Assembly: GCA_012862495.1 (NCBI GenBank)
Contig: BLSG01000410.1
Span: 338,654-402,653, forward strand
Source: Thraustochytrium aureum
Lineage: Eukaryota
Direction: 5' to 3'
Length of the DNA stretch: 64,000 nt
The notes beneath the pieces are model-generated. The model was given only the letters and a program-made list of their open reading frames with translations, did not search any database and was not told where the DNA came from. This document shows, one piece after another, positions 45,906 through 57,057 of the stretch. Position numbers and translations under genes: made by a program. Position 1 is the stretch's first letter. Each line of letters starts with the position of its first letter.

Positions 45906-47872
45906 GCCGTCGCTGCGCTGCTGTGCCTATGCGTGATGCACGCCGCGTTTGCGGGGCAAGGCGAATGCCTCCAGGAAGCGCTCAGTGCGCAGGCTGGCGT
46001 GTCGAGCACCGTGGTGGGCCGGGAGGACGGGGCCGAGCAGAGGATGCGAGGCGACGTGGCGGACCCGCGCGACGACGGCCTTTTCCCGCTCGTGTCCGAC
46101 ACGGTTCTCAGGCTGGCCGCGTTCAAGGCCGAGGGACTTGGCGCGAGATCTGCCGGTGGATTTGTGGGTGACTTTGCCGGGTCCGGCGAGGGCGACGGGG
46201 GCCCGGCTGGTCCTCCTGCGTTTGCGGCAGACTATGAGCTTTCCTGCGCGCCAAGCTCGATGCGACTCAACCACACCTTACGCGAGGCTTATGGAATACC
46301 GCACCTCAACGTGACTCTCCCAGAGACTTGCCTTGGAGGCGGTCGTCTGTGGCGCGCTTTTGTCCGAAGGGTTGTTGGAACGGACACGGTGGTCATCAAC
46401 CAAGCCATGTTTGCGCTGCGCTGTGACGGCTTTATCCGTAGCTTTGCGAGCGGCGAGGTCTGGTCATGGGGCAAGGAGGACTTTGCGGCTCTCGATCTCG
46501 GGCCGTTGGCCTCGGCGCAACGCAAACTGCGCGTTGTTGTCAAGTCTGTGTTCATTTTCGCCCTGGTCAGCTCGATTACAGCGCTTCTCATCAGGATCTT
46601 GATGAGTCAAGGCGTGGCGTTGATGTTCCCGGCGGTGGACGCGCTCAGGTCGCTCGGACTCTCGTCTGTGGCGCCACAAAATGTGGCAATGGCGTACCCG
46701 TGGATCGGGGCCCAGATGGAGCTCTTGTCTGTGCACCAAGCCTTGTCGACTCCGATCTTGAATGCGCACCTTGCCTTTGCCGTTGTTGTGTACCTTATGT
46801 ACGAGGCTGCGCTGGTGATTTGGTCCGTCTGGCTGTACGACAAGAGCATGCCGAGCGGGCAGGTAGAGGGAGTTTTTGGGTACGTCATGTTTTGCGAGTA
46901 CTACAGCCTCCTCTTCGCGCGGTCGCGCCTCACAATCACATTCTTCCCGCGCGTCGTTCTGCTCTACTTTGTCGCCTTTCACTGCTACCTGTTCTTGAGC
47001 ATGTACGGCTTCACGTCGCTCGGGACGGTCGCCCTGTACAGCGCGACTGCGCACCTAATGGTGTATTGCTTCCGCGCGCACGAGGTCAAGAGTTTCCAGC
47101 GCAACCGCGTCTCGCTCGAACAGCCTAGGGAGCTGTACAGCGAGCTCCCGCACCCCCAGTGGACCATGCTCATGCCACCGCTGTATTCCGTTTTTTCCCG
47201 CTAAATAGGGTGCAGCGCTCGATCTACGACAGCGGCGCAACGGCGAGTGGCGGGGTCGCGGACTTTATCGTGCCGGCGCCAGGGCTCGAGNNNNNNNNNN
47301 NNNNNNNNNNNNNNNNNNNNNNNNNNNNNNNNNNNNNNNNNNNNNNNNNNNNNNNNNNNNNNNNNNNNNNNNNNNNNNNNNNNNNNNNNNNNNNNNNNNN
47401 NNNNNNNNNNNNNNNNNNNNNNNNNNNNNNNNNNNNNNNNNNNNNNNNNNNNNNNNNNNNNNNNNNNNNNNNNNNNNNNNNNNNNNNNNNNNNNNNNNNN
47501 NNNNNNNNNNNNNNNNNNNNNNNNNNNNNNNNNNNNNNNNNNNNNNNNNNNNNNNNNNNNNNNNNNNNNNNNNNNNNNNNNNNNNNNNNNNNNNNNNNNN
47601 NNNNNNNNNNNNNNNNNNNNNNNNAGGGCCGTCGCGACAAGCGCTGTTTCGGCTCTTGCAGGAACGGGTCCAGCTCGCTGTTTGCTGCGCCCCTTGTTGC
47701 TGGAGCGGCGGCTCGAGCCGGGCCGCTGTCGGCTTTCGCGACGCTCACGCCGGGTTCGACACCGCGGCCTGCACCGCCGTTCGTGCCGGGATCAGGATGG
47801 GCGGTTGTCGCTTCGCAAGCCACACAGCCGAGCTCAGCTGGCGGCGAAGCCAACCACGACCACGCAGCGTAG
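45906..47872 (+). CDS. TMEM259: Membralin (TMEM259)-like ER membrane protein; 5' end in gap, T-run frameshift at about 47192, tail probably continues across the gap 47291-47624
   Basis: HLNVTL..CLG, VGTDTVVIN, EYYSLLFARSRLTITFFPRVVLLYFVAFHCY and YGF..L; multiple TM helices. Confidence 0.8.
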
Positions 47873-48036
47873 CGGTCGAATTTGTAGTTGCGGCCCGGCG
47901 CGTCGGCCCGGAAGTGTGGGTCCAAGGCAGAGAGCGACTCCAGGCAAGGCCTCCTTTGAGTTCCCGCGCAAGAAACGAGCACTTGAGCTGGGAGAGAAGT
48001 GGGCCGATCGGCCAGCCCACCAACCCGGTCGGCACG

Positions 48037-49461
48037 TCAGCGCACAGACGAGGAGTGCATTTCCTCCATCCTGCGCTCAAGGACCTCGTGCAGCTTGGTC
48101 GCGGTCTGCAGGTGCAAGTTGTGCAATCGCTGGCGCGACTTTTCGTAGAAGCTCATGGTTTCCACGTACGTCTCAAACCAGAGGCGTGAGCAGCACAGCG
48201 TTTTAATCGGCGCCACGTCCTCGTGGTTGAGCGTGCCTGCGAGCGTGCGCAGAAAGTCGTCCAGGGAAAGCTTGCCGTTCTTCTCCTGGCTCTTCATGAG
48301 GTTCTCGAGGTCGCGCCGCTGCTTTTCGATGATAAAGTTCTTCTTCTTGAGGAAGAGCTCGTTGCGCTTCTTCTCACGGACGGCCTTGTCCTCTTCTTGC
48401 GCCTCCTCGAGGTTTTGCACGACCACACCAATGAACAGGTTCGTAAAGATAAAGTTGCCGACGAAGATCCAAGGCACCACGTATGCAGATACCACACCTA
48501 GACTGTAGCCGCGTTGCAGCAGCTTGTCCTGGATCACGGTCCAGCTGTCAAGCGTGACCAGGACCCAGAGCTGGTACATGGAAAAGTGAATCGTGCCAAA
48601 CTCTTCTCGCTCCGCGTCCGGACCTCGCCCAAACGCGTAGTGGCCGATCATGGCCCAGACAAACATAAGCAGCATGAGGAGCGCGACGAGGTACCCGATC
48701 GAGCTCATCGTCTTGAGAAGCGCGCTGACGAGGACTTGGAGCGGTCGAATGAACGAGATGCTCCGGAGAGCGCGCAGCGCGCGCAGCGCGCGGAAAATCT
48801 TGAGGAAGGAGACGTCGATGTTGCTGGAGCCCAGGTCGAGCATCACGTCTGTCAAGTACGAGATGCCCAGCACGACCACGTCCATGCGGTTGTAGTTGTT
48901 GCGCCAGTACTCGACGGGCTCTGCAAACACTTTAATGAGAAACTCCACCGTGTAGATCGACAGATACATCGTGCTGAGCGTTTGGAAGACGCGCTCGGCG
49001 CTCTTGTTCTCGAACGCCGTCAAGGTCTCGAGCGCGATCGAGACCATGTTGACTGCGATTGTGCAGATGATGGCGAGGTTGAACACGTGGCTCTCCGATG
49101 CCTTGGACACGACAAAGTGCAAGGTGCTCCTGTACTTGGACATGTTGTCTTCCATGTCGTCTGGGTCAACGGTGCTTTTGCTGCTGGGCACCGATATTGC
49201 GTCGCGAAGCGTCTGTTCGACCAGGGTCCACCTGGCGGCGGCGCGCGACCGCAGCGTCCTGTTGCGTCGCGCAGCTTGCATCTCGTGCTGCTCGCGAGCC
49301 AAAAGCTTTGTCTTCTTCCTCTGCCGCAGCTCCTCCGCAGCCGTCCTCGCCCTCATCGGGACGACCTTGTTGTTCCCGCCTTGCAGCGTCGTGGCAGCGG
49401 CGCTCAGGACGCGCGAGCTGGCCTCGCGCATGGCGCGCATCCTCTCCGCCAGCCCGTCCAT
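48037..49461 (-). CDS. CATSPER3: Single-domain 6TM voltage-gated cation channel, CatSper alpha subunit (CatSper3-like)
   Basis: S4 KIFRALRALRALRSISF, pore VTLDSW, S6 FIFTNLFIGVVVQN, then a coiled coil and the CatSper3-like tail LAGTLNHED..WFETYVETM..LHNLH. Confidence 0.8.
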   Translation of the reverse strand: MDGLAERMRAMREASSRVLSAAATTLQGGNNKVVPMRARTAAEELRQRKKTKLLAREQHEMQAARRNRTLRSRAAARWTLVEQTLRDAISVPSSKSTVDPDDMEDNMSKYRSTLHFVVSKASESHVFNLAIICTIAVNMVSIALETLTAFENKSAERVFQTLSTMYLSIYTVEFLIKVFAEPVEYWRNNYNRMDVVVLGISYLTDVMLDLGSSNIDVSFLKIFRALRALRALRSISFIRPLQVLVSALLKTMSSIGYLVALLMLLMFVWAMIGHYAFGRGPDAEREEFGTIHFSMYQLWVLVTLDSWTVIQDKLLQRGYSLGVVSAYVVPWIFVGNFIFTNLFIGVVVQNLEEAQEEDKAVREKKRNELFLKKKNFIIEKQRRDLENLMKSQEKNGKLSLDDFLRTLAGTLNHEDVAPIKTLCCSRLWFETYVETMSFYEKSRQRLHNLHLQTATKLHEVLERRMEEMHSSSVR

Positions 49462-50307
49462 TGCGCGAGACGCCCTCGCGCGCAACGAGCGTCAGCCAAC
49501 GCGCGCGCTCTTGATCAACAGACAGCCAATCAATCAATCAATCGGCTCTGCCTCGCCCCCGCCGGTGGGTACCGTTGGTACCGTTTGCACCGCTGCCACG
49601 CGTCTGCCTGCATCGCGAGAACGATCGCTCGTTCGTTCGCTCGCTCGTCACCACAGAAGGAAGGATCTCTCGTTCGTTCTGTGGTCGAGAACGATTGTTC
49701 TTTTGTTCTTCAATAGGTCAAGCTGGGAACGGNNNNNNNNNNNNNNNNNNNNNNNNNNNNNNNNNNNNNNNNNNNNNNNNNNNNNNNNNNNNNNNNNNNN
49801 NNNNNNNNNNNNNNNNNNNNNNNNNNNNNNNNNNNNNNNNNNNNNNNNNNNNNNNNNNNNNNNNNNNNNNNNNNNNNNNNNNNNNNNNNNNNNNNNNNNN
49901 NNNNNNNNNNNNNNNNNNNNNNNNNNNNNNNNNNNNNNNNNNNNNNNNNNNNNNNNNNNNNNNNNNNNNNNNNNNNNNNNNNNNNNNNNNNNNNNNNNNN
50001 NNNNNNNNNNNNNNNNNNNNNNNNNNNNNNNNNNNNNNNNNNNNNNNNNNNNNNNNNNNNNNNNNNNNNNNNNNNNNNNNNNNNNNNNNNNNNNNNNNNN
50101 NNNNNNNNNNNNNNNNNNNNNNNNNNNNNNNNNNNNNNNNNNNNNNNNNNNNNNNNNNNNNNNNNNNNNNNNNNNNNNNNNNNNNNNNNNNNNCCGAGGT
50201 GCGGTCGTTGCAGCGCTGCTCGGGAGGCGTTGAGTCGTCGGCGTCTGCTGCTTGTGGACTTGTAACGGTTGGAGCAGTCTTGCGGGATCGCCGGGCCGAC
50301 GCTCGCC

Positions 50308-53176
50308 ATGTCGGAGCTCCAAGAGATCCTGGCGAGACGGAGGCAGAAAGAAGCGGGCGGCGCGGGGTCAGAACCAGGCTCCGCAGTACCGGCATCCACG
50401 AAGCGCGCAACAGAGCCATGCAGCGATTTTCGAGCTGATGTCAAAGCCACCGAGTTCGGAATGTGCAAGTGTGGGTTTCCCAAAGCGAAACACGCGAGCG
50501 TGCCCTTTTCACCCTCTAGTCAGAAATCTCCCGCTCGACCCGCCGCAAGCGCCGCGAGTGCGTCCGGCGCCTCGTCCAACACCCCTAGCAGCCCAGCGTC
50601 GCGCGACCCTGTTCTTGAGCAGGCCAAACCCAAGGCGTGCGAAAACTACACTGTCGACGTGACGGCGGACACGTTTGGCAAGTGCAAGTGTGGCTTTGCC
50701 AAAGCGGACCACACGAGAGATGCGCTCATGGGTCGCCCGAAGCCTTCTGCACACTCCAGCCAAGCGACGCCACAGGCAAGGCCGCAACTGTTCGCTCCAA
50801 AGCCTGCAGCAGCGCCAAAGCCTGCAGAAGCGCCAAAGCCTGCAGCAGCGCCAAAGCCTCCGGCAGCACCGAAGCCTGCAGAAGCGCCAAAGCCTGCAGA
50901 AGCGCCAAAGCCCGAACCTTCCCCCAAGGCTGCAGTCTCAGAGCCGGCGAGGACACCGAAGGCCTCAGCTCCTTCTCCGGCGACGGTCGCGCGCGACGCC
51001 CAAGTCAGCACAACGTTTCGAGCACTGTTTGACTTTAGCTCAACCAGGCAGGGCGATCTCGACCTGAAAAAGGGCGACATCGTCGTTGTCTCAGATCAAA
51101 GCGATAGCGGGTGGTGGCACGGGAAAATTGGTAGCAGGGAAGGCGCTTTCCCTGCATCCTACGTTGAAGCAGCGCCCCAGCCTCTGGCGCTCGAGTCAGA
51201 GAAGGGGCCGGCGCCTCCACCAGCACCTGTTCCGAGCCTAGCGAAATCAGCTTCGACAGAGCAAAGCCCGAGCGGAACCAAATCCGCCCCGACGGTTGCC
51301 GAGCTTGCGAGCAAGCTAAGCGCCGCGAGCTTTCTCGCCCAAGTGCCGGTGAAATCGGCTGGCACCGCTGCGGACGCATCAGCTCAAGCGCCTGCCCGCC
51401 AGGCCGAGGCACCTCCTGCGCCGTCGATGGAGGTGAAGGTGAAAGTCTTGTGCAGGGCTCGAGCTGCGTACGACTTTGCAGGCGTTGAGGAAGGCGACCT
51501 CCCTTTCAGCGCTGGTGACATCATCGATGTGATCAGCAAGACGAACGCCGATTGGTGGGAAGGCAAATTGGCGGACGGTGCCACCGGATTGTTCCCAAGC
51601 GCGTACGTCGAGGTCGAGCAAGAAACGGCGACGTCAAGCAGTGCAGCGTCGCCGCCTGCACCAGCTGGATTGCCTTCACCAAGTATCTCGCAGCGTATCG
51701 CCAAGCTCGCAGTCAGCCCGGCGCAGGAGCCGAAACCACTGCCTCCGCCCGTGGCGCCTGCCCCTCCGCCTGCAACGCCCGTGCCCGTGCCGCAAGCGCC
51801 GGCGCCCCCCGCAGCCGCGGCGCCCAAGGGCCGGCGCTGTGCGCGGGCAATCGAGGCGTTTAACGCAGAGCAAGAAGGCGACCTCGGATTCGCCAAGGGT
51901 GACATCATCGAGATCGTTGAAAGGGTGGACGAGAACTGGTCCAAAGGCCGCGTCGTGAGTGGCTCGATGGTTGGCTCGGGTACAGGCATCTTTCCGAATA
52001 ACTTTGTGGAAGACATTGAGGATGAGGTGGCGCACGCGGCTGCTACGCCCGCCGCCCCCTCCGCCGCCGCCGCCGCCGCCGCCGCCGCCCCCTACCCCAA
52101 CATTCAACAGAGCAGAGCAGGGACCACCACCTCCCCCTCCGGCTCCGCAGGCGCCCGCTGTTGCGACGATCCCAGAGTACAAGCCCGGGTTCTCAAAAGG
52201 GCAGCTGTTCCGCAAGCCGACCCTGCAACCACAACCGCCGCCCGCGCCGTGGTACGAGAAAGGAGACCACTATTCGATGCAGTCCAAGACGCAGCGGGGC
52301 GGGGTGATGTCCGCCGGCGGCTCGATGTTCAAGACGGACATTTACGAGATATTCAGGCAAGACCGCACGCGCATCAAGCTCGAAGTGCAGCAAAGCGTCG
52401 AGTCCTCCACGGCAGTGTACCAGGCCGACGTGAAGCCCTATGTGCGGCCCTCAAAACCCGTGCTTGACCTGTGCGCGCACAAGTTTGGCCCGCTCATCCT
52501 CAGGTTTGCCGAATCGCGCCTCGGCCGTGTTGAGGGCAACGGGGAGTGCTGGACCCTCGGTGACAATGCGCTCAAGTCTGCGCACAGCAGCCCGGCCGTG
52601 GGCATCAACTTTGGCGCCACTGTGGACCTCGACGAGGTCATGCCAGGCGATGTTTTGCAATTCCGCGCCTGCAAGTTTGTTTCGGGAAACACGACCCAGA
52701 CGATAGCGCGAGACCACACTGCCATTGTGCACAGCAGACTTGGGCCGAAGCATTTTCGCGTCTTTGAGCAAAACCCAGGGCCAGTCAAGTACGGCGAATA
52801 CAATTTTGCAAACCTGGTGAGTGGCTCGTTTCAGGCGTACCGGCCACTCCCGCCGGAAGGCTACACCTTGGAGGACCTTGACACTCCAGAGCCGCCTCCG
52901 CCCCCGCCCCTGGCCGCTCCCTCAACAGCGGGCGCTCCGTCACCCGTGTCTCCACCGCCGCCGCCGCCGCCGCCGCCTCCTCCTCCGCCTGCGGGGAGCG
53001 GCGGCGCGAAACGGTGCAAGACCTTGTACGACTTTGTGGCTCAGGAGTCTGGGGACTTGGGGTTTTCGGCTGGCGAGATCATCGAGGTGGACCGGATCGA
53101 CGGCGATTGGTGCACGGGCAGAATCGGGGGCCGCCAGGGCGTGTTTCCGCTCAACTATGTCGAGATGCTGGACTGA
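50308..53176 (+). CDS. Proline-rich protein with four SH3 domains, two N-terminal C3H motifs and a BBC1/CHAP-like Cys-hydrolase domain; frameshift at about 52055
   Basis: SH3 domains ALFDF..GWW..FPASYV, AAYDF..DWW..FPSAYV, AIEAF..FPNNFV and TLYDF..FPLNYV. Hydrolase motifs GNGECWTL, DHTAIV and VFEQN. Confidence 0.85.
50796..50913 (+). repeat. 18-bp coding tandem repeat (PKPAAA/PKPAEA) x about 6
   Basis: Repeated CCAAAGCCTGCAGMAGCG units. Confidence 0.85.
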
Positions 53177-53515
53177 GCGGGCATTCGTGCCCTGCGCTTC
53201 TGACGATGGCCAGCTGCAGTTGCACGGCGCGCAGCCAGCGCGAGTTTTAAATAAGGAAAGCAACTACATAGACCACGACGTTGCAGGGATGCAGGCAGCC
53301 ATTCGAGCGGCCTGTGCCACAGAAGAACTCAACCGTGCTGCTCTCTACTCTCTAGCCTAGCTAGAGTGAGTAGCTATAGCGAGCATCAGAACAGCTTGAC
53401 GCCCGAAAATCCAACCTGCTATTGTACTATACCTGTAGCTACACTAACCGGAGTCCTCGCCCGCCCGCCCGCACGCACGCACGCGCGCTTTGACTGAGCG
53501 CGCGCCATTCGCAGC

Positions 53516-55373
53516 TCACGGCTCTTGCGCGCCCGATGAAGCGCTGTCCTCCGCGCTTTCGACAGATTCCACATCAGTGGCAGTCGTCTTGACAGCGAAC
53601 GCGCCGTCCCCGACGCCGAGCGGCGTGCCCACGTCCTCGCCAGCGGTGGCCCGACCGTGGCGCAACACGAGGGTGTGGCGAATTTGGTCGTCGGCCTTGT
53701 CCAGGTCGAGGAAGGAGATAATGACGAGGNNNNNNNNNNNNNNNNNNNNNNNNNNNNNNNNNNNNNNNNNNNNNNNNNNNNNNNNNNNNNNNNNNNNNNN
53801 NNNNNNNNNNNNNNNNNNNNNNNNNNNNNNNNNNNNNNNNNNNNNNNNNNNNNNNNNNNNNNNNNNNNNNNNNNNNNNNNNNNNNNNNNNNNNNNNCCAA
53901 CAACCATGAAAGGAAGGATGGACAGAATGGCCAGCCGCGGCTTCTCCGTGGCCTCGTTGATGACCGTGTAGAGAAGGGGGGGCGCAAAGGACAGCACCTT
54001 GCTGCTCAGCGTCTTCATCCCAAACCAGCTCGACTCTTGCCCCCCCGGAACCAGACGCGCCATGAGCGCCGTGTTGGTCGGGTAGATCATGCCGATCGCG
54101 AGCCCCCAGAGCATAGCCTCGAAGTAGACAATGATGCCGCTAAACGCGGTCGGCTGCCGCGCGACGGCGTTGCTGTTGCCTGCAGCAGCGCACTTGTCCG
54201 AGATGTCGCTGGTGGCCTCGGCCGCATCTTCGCCGACGAGCAGGACGGGGATCGAAGCGAGGATGAGGATCCAGAAAGAAATCACCGCCATGTTGGTGCG
54301 GCGCAGGTCTCCCACCCATCGGTTGATGTACGTTATGAGAAGAGCCCCCGGCGCGGTGAAGAGTAGCACGACGCCAATCAGAATCTGGAAGTTGATGCCC
54401 GCAAGGCCCAACTCGGCGAGCACGTACGAGGTTGCGAGCGAGACAAGCGCGTTGGCCCCGGTGATGTAGAACGGTACCCCACCAAGTAGAGGCCGATCTG
54501 ACCGTACGTAGACCAGCATTGGCGCACCAACACGATTACGCGCGGAACGCCGCAGCAGCCCGCGCGAATGCGGCTCTCCTCGGTCTTGTGTCGCTCACCA
54601 AGCATGGCCATCCCGGGCAGAGCCCATGCACCCCAGACTACCACACAAATGACAGCTCCGACCTGCGCGCTCGTGAGCGCATCGCGGGAGATGCCAAGCG
54701 CAAGTGTCAGCCCCACCGACGTGATGATAAACACCAGCTGGAACATGTCGAGCACGGCGTACTGCTTGGAAGTGATCGAGACGCTCAACTTGTCCTCGTG
54801 CGCGATCTCGGGCAGGTACGAAGCGTGGAGCAAGAGCTGGAGCTCGTACAAGAGCGCGGCCAGAATGAGTAAGCCCGCAAACGCGAGCAGCGCGGCGATC
54901 GACCCTCGCCCGAAGACGGAAATCGCGCAGGCGAGCACCGACAGCGCCAGAAGCCAAAACGCCGACTTGAACAGGAGCGTCCGGTGCGAGGTCGAGTCGC
55001 TGATAGCTCCGAACAAGGGCGAGAACAGCGCGTTGACAACGCCTTCGATGGCCAGCACGATTGACACGATGCTCGTGGTCAAGATAGAGACGCCGCCGAT
55101 GGTGACACGCTTCGTGTCGCAATCCTGCACCTCTTGGCCCAGCGCGGTGAGAGCTAGCACCGAGAAGACGGCAATCCAGCTGCTGATCGCCCCGCGCGCC
55201 ACGCCGGACATGATCCAGCCCGTGATCTCAGGGTTGTCGTACTTGATGAACCGCCACTGCCAGTGCGCGTAGCGCCACGCCCGCCAACCGTGCAATTCCG
55301 CCTCGCCGTCATTCGCGCCCTCGATGCCGACCTTGGCGATCGAGGCCGCTCCGCCATCCGCGGTGCCGCCCAT
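53516..55373 (-). CDS. MFS transporter, ATG22/UMF1-like; frameshift at about 54472 and an internal gap that joins in frame
   Basis: SPLFGAISD, HASYLPEIA and LMARLVPGGQESSWFG..LSSKVLSFAPPLLY; about 12 TM helices. Confidence 0.8.
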
Positions 55374-55714
55374 CTCGATCGCTCGCGCAGTGCCTGCCCC
55401 AACCAGCTCAACCAGCGCGTTTTACAAGAGCAGCAAGTGGCACCGATTCGGGTCTGCGCCGACTCCGGCAGCCAACGAGCAAGTCTCCCGTGCACAACCC
55501 TCACGAATTCAGAGCAGAACAGCTGGGATGAGATTGGATCAGAGGGTCGCGGTGCATGGCGTTGGGCCTCGCGGGGCGGATCTGGGCCCCGACCCAAGTT
55601 GGCTCTCGGGAATGAAGCCTGTGTTTTGTGTGTTGCGCCGAGTGTTGCTTTTGCGATCGATTGCCGGTTGTGATCAATCAAGACCTCGAAGGAAACGAGG
55701 CGCTTTCGGCGCTG

Positions 55715-55715
55715 G

Positions 55716-55746
<31 letters not shown>
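55715..55746. repeat. (GCCT)n microsatellite
   Basis: Eight GCCT units upstream of the MFS gene. Confidence 0.9.
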
Positions 55747-55747
<1 letters not shown>

Positions 55748-57057
55748 TCTCCGATCGCCGCCCAACGCCCACGATGAGAGGAAGGAAGCGGAGAGACGGC
55801 TCTGCTCCGCGCTCGCGCCCCCGCACAGTTCTGACCATATACACGTGCAATTCGGGATCTGCCGCGCTGCGGGTCACCGCATACGGTACTCCCGCGGTCC
55901 ACAAGATACACGCAGAATACACTCGGCGTGCCAAATCTCAGCTGTGCGNNNNNNNNNNNNNNNNNNNNNNNNNNNNNNNNNNNNNNNNNNNNNNNNNNNN
56001 NNNNNNNNNNNNNNNNNNNNNNNNNNNNNNNNNNNNNNNNNNNNNNNNNNNNNNNNNNNNNNNNNNNNNNNNNNNNNNNNNNNNNNNNNNNNNNNNNNNN
56101 NNNNNNNNNNNNNNNNNNNNNNNNNNNNNNNNNNNNNNNNNNNNNNNNNNNNNNNNNNNNNNNNNNNNNNGACTCGAGTACAACAGCGAAGTGGCCCTGG
56201 GCAAGCGGCGGCCACAACCACGTCTCACCACACACGTCCTCCAGATAGACGGACAGTTCTGCTGGACCTCCAACGACAAGGTTGCCTGCCTCCCACGGCG
56301 ACGCCAAGTGGCTGTGGGCCAAGGGGTCGGTCGTGTCTTCGCAGGACCACGGCTGCGCAGCCAGGCCGGCAACGGGGCCTGTCGGGTTCGGTGATGGCCA
56401 CAACGACGACGCGGCCATGTCTTGGATGGGCAACGAGTCGTGTCGTATCCGGCAGAGCGGCAACGACAAGAGTGGCGGTCGCCACACGGTGATGGAAAAG
56501 ACTCTCCTGCCAACAACGCCTTCCCAGTCACAGTTGTGGCGTTCGCGGCGTTGAGGGCGAAACGCGCGACAAGGTGCAACGTGTAGCCCACACGCCCGAT
56601 AGCCGTGCCGACCGTGCGACGTGGCTGCGGCCAGCGCCTCCAAGTCGACGTCTCCACGTTGGGCGGGTTATGCGCGAGGTCTTGCCCCTTCTGGGAACGG
56701 ATTCAGCGCCTGCGACGCCAAGGATCGCAACAAACAGGGCAGTTTGCGCGCCCGCCGCTCGAGTATGGACAGCGCGCGGCAGGCCCAGCAGCCTCCGATC
56801 CGCGCCAGGCCGCGCCGTCCCGTGCGGCGCCCTGCTTGGCCTCGTTCAGCAGCGTTTCGTTGCTGCAACTGTTCTCGACCTCGGAAATGGTGCTGAATCC
56901 CCCCCACCCATCCTCAAGCGCCCCAGCCACTAGAGCTTGCAGTCGCGCAGCTGTGAGACGGAAGGAGACGCGGCGAAGAGGCCACGGCAGTCCACGCAGC
57001 GGCCGGCGAGCCGGCCTTCCAATCAGCGCGTCGCGCGGGCGTGCGGGGATCGCAAGG

